A DNA stretch of 64,000 nt from Gemmatimonadota bacterium (GTDB lineage Bacteria > Gemmatimonadota > Gemmatimonadetes > Palauibacterales > Palauibacteraceae): assembly GCA_965116475.1 (NCBI GenBank), contig OZ220691.1:1312001-1376000 (forward strand). The letters are read 5' to 3'. The notes under the pieces were generated by a model. That model was given only the letters and a program-made list of their open reading frames with translations. It did not search any database and was not told the origin of the DNA. Below, piece by piece: positions 10,087 to 19,086 of this stretch (its first letter is position 1; each line of letters begins with the position of its first letter). A program made the translations under genes and the position numbers.

Positions 10087-11463
10087 CCTGGTCTCGTACT
10101 GTCCCCAGAGGACCCAGAGCGCCCAGTCGAGGTCCAGCGGGTCGCCCATCCAGAGGCTCGTTGCCGTCCAGGGGTCGATCCCCTCCTGCCGGTGCCAGTT
10201 CCCGAGTCCCGCATCGGCGGTTCGGGGCGCCCTGACGTCTTCGCGTGCCGGGGGCACCGCCGGTACCACGCGCCCGTTCGGATCGCGGAAGCGCGCCGCG
10301 CCCGCCTCCTCCATCTCGACGCGCCAACCGCCCTCGTGCACGGCCCTGTGATGGAACCGGCACAGGAGGATCAGGTTGTCGAGCTTCGTCTCGCCCCCCT
10401 CGGACCAGGGGATGGCGTGATGGGCCTGCGTGTAGCGCGAGCCGCAGCCCGGGAAGCGGCAGCCCCCGTCCCGGACGTCGAGCGCCTTGCGCAGCCGCCA
10501 CCCCACCGTCCGCTGGCGGCGGCCCACGTCCAGCACCGAGCCGTCCCGCCCGCGCTTCACCTCCACGGTCTCCGCGTCGCAGGCCAGCCGCCGGGACGTT
10601 CCCGCGGGAACGTGTGAGCCGTCCTCCGTGGCCAGGATTTCGGGGCCGCCGGCCACGGTGTGGACCACCAGTTGCGCCCTCGCCTCGGCACGCTCCTCGA
10701 GCCACGCCCCGAGCGCGTCGTGGCGCCGCTCCGTCGGACTCGGCCGGAGCCCGGGCGTCGGCGTCGGCTGGGGCCCGGGCTGGGGCCCGGGCGTCGGCGG
10801 GGCCGGCTCCCCCGTGGCGGCATCGGCCTCGCGCTCCATGGCGGCGTCGGCCTCGCGCTCCATGGCGCGCTCCTGCCGGTGGAGTTCGTCCACGGTGACA
10901 TCCAGCGTCTCCACGAGCAGGGCGCCCACTTCGGGCATGAGCAGGCCCCGGAGTTCGTACATGCCGTCATCCGTCACCCGGACCGTCAGGTGACGGCGGG
11001 CCGCCATCTCCGACGTGTCGTCCAGCGCCGCCATGGCGGCCTCCGCGCTCTTCGCCGCCCGCACGAAGCGCTCCACCTGGCTCGCCGTGTGGTGGAGGGC
11101 GAACTCGACCAGCCGCGCCTCGTCCTCGGCGGTGACCATGCGCGTCAGCGCCCGGACCTTGGACCAGGAGAGCCGGCCCTTCTCCATCTCGGCGGAGGTC
11201 AGGGGCAGGTCGGCGAGGCGGCGGGCCGCCCGCAGCCGCTCGCGGGCCCCGCCGAGGGAGATGCCGGCGCGCCAGTTCAGCCAGTGGGCGCAGGAGCGCC
11301 ACCCGCTCCAGCGTTCCTCTTCATCGTAGCGGCGCAGCAGCGTCAGGAGCCGATACTGGGCGGCGTCGATATGGGCGCACAGCTCGGCGATCTCGTCACC
11401 CACGGGGTCGCCGGCCAAGGCAGCGGGGTGCGAGGCGGCGGAAGGGTCAGGCGTCTCATGCAT
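10072..11463 (-). CDS. DUF222 (13E12-like) domain HNH endonuclease
   Basis: SCAHWLNWR and LSWSKVRALTR N-terminal region; RDGGCRFPGC...AHH..PW.EGGET.LDNL.LLC.FHH HNH domain. Confidence 0.88.
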   Translation of the reverse strand: MHETPDPSAASHPAALAGDPVGDEIAELCAHIDAAQYRLLTLLRRYDEEERWSGWRSCAHWLNWRAGISLGGARERLRAARRLADLPLTSAEMEKGRLSWSKVRALTRMVTAEDEARLVEFALHHTASQVERFVRAAKSAEAAMAALDDTSEMAARRHLTVRVTDDGMYELRGLLMPEVGALLVETLDVTVDELHRQERAMEREADAAMEREADAATGEPAPPTPGPQPGPQPTPTPGLRPSPTERRHDALGAWLEERAEARAQLVVHTVAGGPEILATEDGSHVPAGTSRRLACDAETVEVKRGRDGSVLDVGRRQRTVGWRLRKALDVRDGGCRFPGCGSRYTQAHHAIPWSEGGETKLDNLILLCRFHHRAVHEGGWRVEMEEAGAARFRDPNGRVVPAVPPAREDVRAPRTADAGLGNWHRQEGIDPWTATSLWMGDPLDLDWALWVLWGQYETRPMAA

Positions 11464-11588
11464 GGCGTTCTCATCCGAATCTCAGGGTTCAAAGGGGGTA
11501 CGCACTCATACCCCGATCTTCGGTAAATGTTCGGGTTTCATCTCAACACGGTCTCAACGGCGGTCTTCAACGGGGGTCTCAGCGTCCG

Positions 11589-11610
11589 GGACGTTCCCGC
11601 GGGAACGTCC
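11589..11610. repeat. 22-bp perfect palindrome GGACGTTCCCGCGGGAACGTCC
   Basis: Core also at 10596-10613, 32737-32758, 33698-33715, 58304-58319. Confidence 0.9.
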
Positions 11611-11660
11611 GCGGCCAGTCAGCCGGTACAGCTAGCCGCTTCGCCGCCCTGTCCGCTGCT

Positions 11661-11800
11661 TCGGCGGGGGAGTAACTTCGGCGCCCCCGTGGGGCACCCG
11701 TGAGGCAATGGAGCCCCACCAGCAGTCTCATCAACGTCACGGCATCGGTTGTGCTGCCGTTTCCGGACCGAACTCGAACGAAGCGGCGATGAGACCATGA
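11661..11800 (+). ncRNA. Possible structured leader resembling yybP-ykoY riboswitch
   Basis: GGGGAGTAAC ... ATCAACGTCACGGC/GCCGT stem ... GAGACC; closing P1 pairing is poor. Confidence 0.3.
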
Positions 11801-11864
11801 GAGACACAACGACAGAAACCCATGTGTCGTCTGACCGGCAGTCCAGCGCCGGTGACCGCTGTCG

Positions 11865-14162
11865 GTGCAAAACCTGATCTCGGTTAGTGCCGGACGGCGG
11901 ACCGCGCTGCTGGCCCTCTTCTTTCTGTCGGGGGTCAGCGGGCTGATCTATCAGATCGCCTGGGTGCGGCAGTCCGTCTTCACGTTCGGGGTCAGCGTCT
12001 ACGCCTACAGCACGGTCATCGGAGCCTACATGATCGGGCTCGCGCTGGGCAGCTACGTGATGGGCAGGCGAATCGACGGGCACGCGCGGCCCCTGGGCAC
12101 GTACGCGGCACTCGAAGTGGGGATCGCGGCGCTCGCGGCGCTGTCGCCGTTCCTGCTCGGGGCCCTGCACGCGATCTACCCGGGACTCAGCAACGCCCTC
12201 CCGGCCGGCGGTTTCTGGCTCACCCTGGGGCGGCTCCTGCTCTCGCTGGCCGTGCTCACGCCGACGACCTTCCTCATCGGGGCCACGCTGCCCGTCATGA
12301 GCCGAATCTACGCGACGCACGGCGGGCGCGTGGGAAGCGACGTGGGGCGACTCTACCTCGTGAACACGGCGGGCGCCGCCCTCGGCTGTGTGCTCACGGG
12401 ACTCGTCTTCCTCCGGTACCTGGGCGCGCGGGAAACCATCTTCCTCGGCGCGGCGATCAATCTCTTCGTTGCAGCGGGGGCGCTCGCGCTCATGCGGCTG
12501 GCGGCCCGGGCCCCGCAGGCGGACGGCGCGGCGAACGGCGACGGGACGGCGAACGGCGACGGCGCGACGGATGCGGCTGTGGCCGCACCGGCTGCCGGAA
12601 CCGCGGCGGCCGCGCTCCCGATCTCTCCCGCGGCGCTGCGCTACGTCGCGATCGCCTACGCCATCTCCGGCTTCATCGCGCTGGGCTACGAGGTGGTGTG
12701 GGCGCGGATCCTATACATCCACTCCTCGCACGCGGCGTACTCGTTCTCGCTCATGCTGACGGTCTTCCTGGCCGGGCTCGCGCTCGGGGGCGCCGGCGGG
12801 AGCTGGGTCCTGCGGCGGAGACGGGCCACGCTGAGGCACTTCGGGGCGATCCAGCTCGCGATCGGACTGCTGGCCGTCCTCATCCTCCACGCCTTCGCGC
12901 GACTCCCCGCGCTCCATCTGGACGACTGGTTCGGCGGTTACACCGTTGCCTACGAGTTCCTCATCGCCTTCGTCACGCTCTTTCCCCCCACCGTCCTTCT
13001 CGGGGCGCTGTTCCCCGTCGTCGGGAGCCTGTACACACGCGAGCGGGCGCGGGCCGTGGGGCTTCGCATCGGCCGCGTGAATGCGTTCAACACGCTGGGA
13101 GCCATCGCGGGCTCGCTCGGCGCGGGGTTCGTGCTCGTGCCGCTCCTCGGACTCCGCAATACGACGGTGGCGCTGGCGGTGCTGAACCTCGCGCTCGGCG
13201 CCGCGGCGCTGCGCTTCGACCGCGGGGGCCGGCGGGCGCTGCGCTTCGCGCCGGCGGGCGCGGTGGTGGCCACGATCGTGGCGGTCGCGATCCTCCCCAC
13301 CGGCTTCTACCTCGGCTCGTACTACACCGAGACCGACCGGCTCATCTTCTACAAGGAGGGCGTGGAGACCACCGTCGCCGTGCTCGAGGTTCCGGAGGAC
13401 AACTACAAGATCTCCTTCGTCAACGGCCGCGACGAAGTGCCGACGGACCGCGCGAGCATGTCGGCGTTCCGGCTGCTCGGACACCTTCCGCCGCTGCTCC
13501 GGCCCGGCGCGCGCAACGCCCTGGTCCTGAGCTTCGGCAACGGGATCGCCACCGGGACGATGAACACGCACGGCATCCCCGTCATCGACGCGGTGGACCT
13601 CTCTCCCGAGATGATCGAGGCGGCCGAGGTCTACGCCGAGGAGAACTACGACGTCCTCGACAGCGACCGGCTGCGGCTGCACGTCGAGGACGGGCGGAAC
13701 TTCCTGCTGCGGGCGGAGGCGTCGTACGACATCATCTCGGTGGACGCGACGCACCCCGCGAACGCGAGTTCATGGGCGCTGTTCACGAGCGAGTTCTATC
13801 AGTTGATCGAGAGCCGCCTCGCGGAGGACGGCGTCTTCATGCAGTGGATCCCGATCCACGGCGTCCGCGAAGATGACTATCGCGACATCCTGCGGACCGT
13901 CTGGGACGTCTTCCCCAACATGGTGCTGTGGTCGACCGGATCGACGCACAGCTACGTCGTCGCCACGCGCGAACCGCTGTCGTCCGTCGTGATGCAGTCG
14001 GTGCTCACGCGCGCCGCCGCCAACCCGATCGTCGTCCGGGACCTCGGATCGCCGGAGACGATCGCCGGCTACGTGGCGATGGCCGAAGGGGACCTGACGA
14101 GCTACATCGGGCGCGGCCCCGTCATCACGGACAACGACGCCTTCTTCATGCCCGCCCGCTAG
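11865..14162 (+). CDS. Fused MFS-like membrane domain / spermidine synthase-like protein
   Basis: FFLSGVSGLIYQIAW and GDVGRLY.VNTAGA-like repeated membrane halves; C-terminal EDGRNFL, YDIISVD, LFTSEFY, TDND. Confidence 0.88.
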   Translation: MQNLISVSAGRRTALLALFFLSGVSGLIYQIAWVRQSVFTFGVSVYAYSTVIGAYMIGLALGSYVMGRRIDGHARPLGTYAALEVGIAALAALSPFLLGALHAIYPGLSNALPAGGFWLTLGRLLLSLAVLTPTTFLIGATLPVMSRIYATHGGRVGSDVGRLYLVNTAGAALGCVLTGLVFLRYLGARETIFLGAAINLFVAAGALALMRLAARAPQADGAANGDGTANGDGATDAAVAAPAAGTAAAALPISPAALRYVAIAYAISGFIALGYEVVWARILYIHSSHAAYSFSLMLTVFLAGLALGGAGGSWVLRRRRATLRHFGAIQLAIGLLAVLILHAFARLPALHLDDWFGGYTVAYEFLIAFVTLFPPTVLLGALFPVVGSLYTRERARAVGLRIGRVNAFNTLGAIAGSLGAGFVLVPLLGLRNTTVALAVLNLALGAAALRFDRGGRRALRFAPAGAVVATIVAVAILPTGFYLGSYYTETDRLIFYKEGVETTVAVLEVPEDNYKISFVNGRDEVPTDRASMSAFRLLGHLPPLLRPGARNALVLSFGNGIATGTMNTHGIPVIDAVDLSPEMIEAAEVYAEENYDVLDSDRLRLHVEDGRNFLLRAEASYDIISVDATHPANASSWALFTSEFYQLIESRLAEDGVFMQWIPIHGVREDDYRDILRTVWDVFPNMVLWSTGSTHSYVVATREPLSSVVMQSVLTRAAANPIVVRDLGSPETIAGYVAMAEGDLTSYIGRGPVITDNDAFFMPAR

Positions 14163-14229
14163 CGTCGGTCCGAGCGGCATGAGTCCTGGACATCGACGGG
14201 CACCGCGCCGATCCCGAGCCGACTTCAGG

Positions 14230-14279
14230 CGCGGTCAGTGACGGCGGAAGCGGCTCCCGCGGCCGGTGAACTGACCGCG
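14230..14279. terminator. GC-rich hairpin between convergent genes
   Basis: CGCGGTCAGT / ACTGACCGCG 10-bp inverted repeat; no U tract. Confidence 0.35.
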
Positions 14280-14307
14280 GGATTCGGAGACGCCACTCCC
14301 GCGCGGG

Positions 14308-15588
14308 CTACGCCCGCAGGGTACTTCGGCAGGCCTCAGCGCGCGCTCCGATCTTCTCTTCCAACGGACCCAGGATCGCGTGGTCGAGGCCTTCCACGCG
14401 GGCGGCCGAGACGATTCCAGGCAACCGGCCGGCAACGTCGACGGCAACGGTCTCGCACAACGCAAACACCTCCGCGGCGGGGAGCCCGACTTCGCCGGCG
14501 AAACGTGCCCAGTGCCTCACCTGGATGTATCCCAGACGCGCTTCGCCGCCGATCTTCGCCGCCAGTTTGAGTCTCGGCTCGTAGTGGCCGGGATAGGGCA
14601 GCACGCTGGCCACATCGTACAGAGGGGCGAGGGACGCCTTCCCGCCGGCCCCAATCAACAGAGAGAAGTTCTTCGCGTGCGCATCGGTCCCACCGATGAT
14701 CCAGTTCAAGGCGAGCGCGCGGACGAAGGTCCGGAGGTCGCGCCCGGGACGGCTGGACCAGGTCCGGATCGCGTGGGCCATGCGGTCGCAGCCCGGACCG
14801 CCGTCGCCCTCGTACTTCGCGGTCGGCGCCAGTCCGAGGGCCTGGCAGAGATCTTCCTGGTGGACTCGCACAATACCGTCCGCGGTGCCGACCCGATCGT
14901 ACCGCTCCACCACGAGCGCCGGCTCTTCGCCGAACCGGCGCACGCTCGAGCGAGCCGCGGGGATTCCGACCGCGCGGGCCAGCGTCAGGCAGAGATGTTC
15001 GTTCTCGCAGTGTCCGGGAAAACCCGGAATCGGAGGTTTCAGAATGTGCGTCGTGGGTGTGCAACCGCGGGGCACTCCCCAACGCCCTTCGCTGAAGTAC
15101 AACGCCGTCTTGGCCTGTGCGCCCGCCAGGCTGAACCGGCCGGAGTCACCGGGGAGACGCCACGCGCTCCCATCCTCGTTCAGCACGCGCAGGCGTGCGC
15201 CGACCTGCTCCTCCGTCAGCCAGTCGACCTCCCGCGTTCGCGGGCCAAGCAGGCGGTCGACGCGGTCGGGTGCCGCGAACTGGACTCCGCCCGAGCAGTC
15301 CTCGCCCGTTGCCCCCAGCAGCGAGAATGCGCTTAGCGCGGAGACTTGAAAGCGTCTTGCCCATCTGGCGAGAACATTCTCGTTGTCGGGGAGGAGTCCC
15401 CACAGCCACGGTTCGATGACGTCGTGGCCGTATTCGGCGCCGACGAGAGACATCGACAGGGAAAGCGGGTACGCCCCCGGCGCCTGCCGCCACGCTTCAT
15501 CGTATGAGAAGGCCAGCCGCCCGCGCGCGTGGCGCGTGACGTGGCCCATCACCTCCCCGTTCGCCACCGCGATGAGGCGTTCGGTCAC
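14308..15588 (-). CDS. hipA: HipA family kinase toxin
   Basis: LWGLLPDN, SLAGAQAK, THILKP, VERYDR, HQEDLCQALG, DAHAKNFS, LAPLYD. Confidence 0.93.
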   Translation of the reverse strand: MTERLIAVANGEVMGHVTRHARGRLAFSYDEAWRQAPGAYPLSLSMSLVGAEYGHDVIEPWLWGLLPDNENVLARWARRFQVSALSAFSLLGATGEDCSGGVQFAAPDRVDRLLGPRTREVDWLTEEQVGARLRVLNEDGSAWRLPGDSGRFSLAGAQAKTALYFSEGRWGVPRGCTPTTHILKPPIPGFPGHCENEHLCLTLARAVGIPAARSSVRRFGEEPALVVERYDRVGTADGIVRVHQEDLCQALGLAPTAKYEGDGGPGCDRMAHAIRTWSSRPGRDLRTFVRALALNWIIGGTDAHAKNFSLLIGAGGKASLAPLYDVASVLPYPGHYEPRLKLAAKIGGEARLGYIQVRHWARFAGEVGLPAAEVFALCETVAVDVAGRLPGIVSAARVEGLDHAILGPLEEKIGARAEACRSTLRA

Positions 15589-15881
15589 GGCGCCGGGTCT
15601 TCGTGGGCCCTGACGACCGCCTCAACGTCGGGCACGGCAATCCGGACGCGGGAACCCGACGGCTCCGGGATACCCTCGCCGTGGACCGACAGCGACAGGT
15701 CGACTGCGGCAAGCACCTGAAACGCCTTGCCCAGTTCGGCTCGCGGCTTGCCGGCTTCGATGGCCACGATCCACTGTCGACCCACGCCGGCCGCTCGTGC
15801 CAGATCCGCCTGCGTCATGCCTCGGGCCTGCCTGGCCCGGCGGATCAGGAGGCCAAGTTCGAGGGGAGTGCGAAACTGCAA
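15585..15881 (-). CDS. hipB: HipB-like XRE HTH antitoxin
   Basis: IRRARQARGMTQADLARAAGVGRQWIVAIEAG; 4-bp overlap with hipA. Confidence 0.85.
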   Translation of the reverse strand: MQFRTPLELGLLIRRARQARGMTQADLARAAGVGRQWIVAIEAGKPRAELGKAFQVLAAVDLSLSVHGEGIPEPSGSRVRIAVPDVEAVVRAHEDPAP

Positions 15882-15928
15882 TGTTCACCGTCCAGCCACG
15901 AGTCATGATCAACGAAGTCGACCACGAA

Positions 15929-16000
15929 TGTAGTCGTTCGGCGACATTGACGCGATGTCGTCGAACGGGCACAATTGCCGCATGTCCGCGAACGGCGACA
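15929..16000. promoter_or_regulatory. Three 18-bp palindromic operators TGT-N3-CGWWCG-N3-ACA upstream of hipBA
   Basis: 15929-15946, 15956-15973, 15983-16000; exact 27-bp spacing. Confidence 0.75.
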
Positions 16001-16004
16001 GAGT

Positions 16005-16688
16005 TCAGTACGACACGCCGGTGGCCTGGCACAGCCAGCGCTGGAACGGGGCGGCGGTGCGGCACAGGTCGGTGAAGCGGTCGAGGAAACCGTCCGACGT
16101 CAGGTCGTCTTCGCCCAGTTGCACGACCGCGATGAAGTCCTTGCGCCGCAGGTCCTCGATCAGCGGGTGATCCACGCTGAATCCCTGCGGGGCCCGGACG
16201 AGCGAGTCGCCCGAGAGCTCGAACGTCCCACGAAAACCGGCGCTGCGCGACGCCCGCCTCCAGGCCTGCGGATCCTCGTCGATGGACTCGCGGATCTGCC
16301 GGAGCGCCGGCCCGCCGGGGCGCCAGGTGCCGCAGCCCGCGAAGCAGTGCCCGGGCTGGATGTGCAGGTAGAAGCCGGGGGCGTGGGCGTCCCTGCCCGC
16401 CTCGTGCCGGAACTGGATGCCGGTGTGGGTCTTGTACGGACTCTTGTCCCGGGAGAAACGCGTGTCGCGGTAGATCCGGAAGAGCGAGCCGCCGTTCGCC
16501 CTCGGGTCGGCGCGAAAGTGGGGGCTGATCTCCTCGAGAGGGCCGGAGAAATCCGAGATGAAGCGGAGCGCCGGCTCTTTGACGTCCGCCTCGTAGCGCG
16601 GCTTGTTGTCGAGAAACCACTCGCGGCGGTTGTTGGCGGCCAACTCGCTCAGGAAGCTGAAGGTGCGGGGCGTGAAGTAGGCGGTCAT
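16005..16688 (-). CDS. DUF2461 / TIGR02453 family protein
   Basis: FLSELAANNRREWF, SLFRIYRDTRFSRDKSPYKTH. Confidence 0.9.
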   Translation of the reverse strand: MTAYFTPRTFSFLSELAANNRREWFLDNKPRYEADVKEPALRFISDFSGPLEEISPHFRADPRANGGSLFRIYRDTRFSRDKSPYKTHTGIQFRHEAGRDAHAPGFYLHIQPGHCFAGCGTWRPGGPALRQIRESIDEDPQAWRRASRSAGFRGTFELSGDSLVRAPQGFSVDHPLIEDLRRKDFIAVVQLGEDDLTSDGFLDRFTDLCRTAAPFQRWLCQATGVSY

Positions 16689-16816
16689 GGCAAGGTGGCT
16701 CGTCGGCTGGAGAGACAGGTATGATGAGCGGGGCCGATACCGGGGCCGATACCTATGACGTGGGCCCGGAGCCGGCAAGCGGAAGCAGGCAAACAGGAAG
16801 CAAGCAGAGGAACGCC

Positions 16817-17281
16817 ATGACGCGCACCGAACTCGGCCGCACCATCGACGCTCCGGTCGGAGCGGTTTTTTCCACCGTCGCCGACGTTTCCAACTTCTCC
16901 AAGGCCGTGCCGCACATCGAGCACGTCGAGTTCCTGTCGGAGGCAAGGACGGGCGTCGGCGCCCGCTTCCGGGAGACGCGGCTCATGGGGAGCCGGAGGG
17001 CGACCACGGAGCTGGAGGTGACCGAATACGTTCAGGACGAGCGAGTCCGCTTCGTGTCGGACGCGGGCGGCACGGTCTGGGACACGACCTTCACCGTCGA
17101 GCCGGACCCGGATGGCGGCGGGACGCGGCTGCTCATGGTGATGGAGGCGCGGCCCCACAAGCTTCTTGCCAGACTCACCACGCCGCTCATGAGCCGGGTG
17201 ATCGCGAAGGCGATCGCGGCGGACCTCGATGCCGTGAAGGCCTACACCGAGGCGTCCGGAGGGCTCGACTACCCCATCTGA
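16817..17281 (+). CDS. SRPBCC family protein
   Basis: IDAPVGAVFSTVAD, GVGARFRETR, C-terminal helix; GAGG upstream. Confidence 0.8.
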   Translation: MTRTELGRTIDAPVGAVFSTVADVSNFSKAVPHIEHVEFLSEARTGVGARFRETRLMGSRRATTELEVTEYVQDERVRFVSDAGGTVWDTTFTVEPDPDGGGTRLLMVMEARPHKLLARLTTPLMSRVIAKAIAADLDAVKAYTEASGGLDYPI

Positions 17282-17292
17282 GCAATTGCGCG
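17265..17292. promoter_or_regulatory. 28-bp box TCGACTACCCCATYTGAGYAATTGCGCG (copy a)
   Basis: 26/28 identical to reverse complement of 27228-27255. Confidence 0.6.
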
Positions 17293-17680
17293 GGTTCAGC
17301 GACTGGCTGAGCCTGTCCGCATGCAACCGTTGAGCCAGAAGACCGCCATTGCGAACGGATCGGCGCCGACCTTCGCCGCTTCCGGCAGGATGTCGCCGGA
17401 AGGGTCAGGCTAGGCAACGTGCCCGGGAAATGGGGAAACACCTGCGCGAGGCCCGGATGCACGGCGATCACCGTAAAGCCACCTCAGACGCCGGACTCCA
17501 CAAGCTCCGGTCGCACCCAGCCCCTGAAGGCCTGTCCCCGTTGCGTCGTGGAAGCCGCCCGCCGAATCGACGTTGAGCCTCCGTCCTGGGCTGTAGATGC
17601 GTTGGCCGCGCAGCCCGGATACCGGACTTCACGCCGCGACTCGCAAAGGGAGCGCGGCGAGTCCGCGGATCACCGTTGAC

Positions 17681-17696
17681 TACCCCATTTGGGGTA
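17681..17696. promoter_or_regulatory. Palindrome TACCCCA-TT-TGGGGTA upstream of LuxR-type regulator
   Basis: 7-2-7 inverted repeat ~110 bp before ATG 17809; related to the 28-bp box. Confidence 0.6.
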
Positions 17697-17808
17697 AGAT
17701 GCTGGCGCCTGCGTGCGTGGTCGTGCCACATGATTTGTGGCCGTATCACATGATTCAAGGCCACGATCTCCTGGACACACACCAAACAAAGCGGGCAGTC
17801 GAAACCAC

Positions 17809-18969
17809 ATGACCGCGCAGGACCGGTTCGAACGGACGTTGGCGTTGCTGCACCGGGCGGCGCTGGGCGATGCCACGTGGGTCTCGGCGGCCGCCTCCGT
17901 CAACGCCCTGATCCGGGCGAGCGGCCACAGCCTCGCCTACGGCGATCCGCGTTCGGGGGGCGAGCCCGAGATCTTCCTGGCACGATCCTTCTCCGGCCGG
18001 CGGCGTCGCAGGGACTGGGAGGACCTGTATTTCGGCCGCTACTGGGGACAGGATGAGGCGATCCCGCGGCTCCTTTCGCTTCGTGCCGGCGAACTGGCGC
18101 ACAAGCCGGATCTCTACACGGACGAAGAGAAGGAGACCTCGCCCGTGTACAACGACTTTCGACGCACCACCCGATCGCAGAACGGTCTCTTCATGGTGCT
18201 CGATGGACTCGACGGGTGCGGGATCGTGTGGTCGTTTGCCGATTCCATTCAACCCGGAGGCTGGGGATACGACCAGATCCGGGACATCAAGCGCCTGGCG
18301 CCCCACATACGCCACTTCGCCCGCGTCCGGCGCCTGATGATGGACGCCGAGGCGCTGGGTGCGTCGCTTGCCGATCTGGTCGAGAACAGACGGGCGGGGA
18401 TCGTCCAGCTCGACGGCCGCGGACGGATCCGGGAGGCGAACGACCGGGCCCGGGCCCTCCTGCGGAAAGGCGATGGGCTCCGCGACTGGAAGGGGGCGCT
18501 CACCGCCGAGATGCCGGCGGAAGACGACCGGCTACAGCGTCTGCTGGCGGCCGCCCTGCCCCCGTACGGCACACGCGGCGCCGGAGGCTCGATGAAGATC
18601 ACGCGTCCGAAGGCCGGAACGCCGCTGGCGGTCGAGGTCCAGCCCGTGGGCGGCGGCATGCGCACCGATTATCGAGCCTGGAAGGTCGGCGTGCTGGTGC
18701 TGATCGTCGACCCCGTGAGTCGATCCCGCATAGATCCGGCGTTGGCGGCTGCGGTCCTTGGACTGACGCCCGCGGAGAGCCGCGTCGCGGTGGCGCTGGC
18801 CGCCGGCCGGTCCGTGGCCGAGATCACGCGGAGGCTGGGCGTGGCCGAGGGTACCGTGCGGGCCCATCTGAAGAACACCTATCGCAAGCTGGGGATCAAA
18901 GGGCAGACCGAACTGGTGCGGAGGCTCCTGTCGCTGGAGGCCATACGAAGCTCCCCCCGCTCACGCTGA
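17809..18969 (+). CDS. LuxR-type HTH transcriptional regulator with PAS-like region
   Basis: C-terminal GLTPAESRVAVALAAGRSVAEI..RLGVAEGTVRAHLKNTYRKLG. Confidence 0.88.
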   Translation: MTAQDRFERTLALLHRAALGDATWVSAAASVNALIRASGHSLAYGDPRSGGEPEIFLARSFSGRRRRRDWEDLYFGRYWGQDEAIPRLLSLRAGELAHKPDLYTDEEKETSPVYNDFRRTTRSQNGLFMVLDGLDGCGIVWSFADSIQPGGWGYDQIRDIKRLAPHIRHFARVRRLMMDAEALGASLADLVENRRAGIVQLDGRGRIREANDRARALLRKGDGLRDWKGALTAEMPAEDDRLQRLLAAALPPYGTRGAGGSMKITRPKAGTPLAVEVQPVGGGMRTDYRAWKVGVLVLIVDPVSRSRIDPALAAAVLGLTPAESRVAVALAAGRSVAEITRRLGVAEGTVRAHLKNTYRKLGIKGQTELVRRLLSLEAIRSSPRSR

Positions 18970-19086
18970 TTCCCTGGGGACGGCCTGATCGTGCGTGTCA
19001 CTACAGCGGGGCGGTGCATGGTTGACACTTGCCGCCGCGATCTCTCGGCCGGGTGATCGCCCGTGAGTAGCGGCCGCCAAGTGGAC

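Larger units (their letters stand above)
9983..11629 (-). mobile_element. Dispersed DUF222/HNH repeat element, copy 1
   Basis: Near-identical in inverted orientation to 32718-34282, including leader and trailer; mobility is inferred. Confidence 0.7.

Noticed and set aside
9979..11634. Terminal inverted repeat or AGCT target duplication around element copy 1
   Set aside because: Not reproduced at copy 2, so not accepted as element ends
17265..17292. 28-bp box as Xer dif or integron attC site
   Set aside because: No resemblance to XerC/XerD arms or to RYYYAAC...GTTRRRY; no integron integrase in the window
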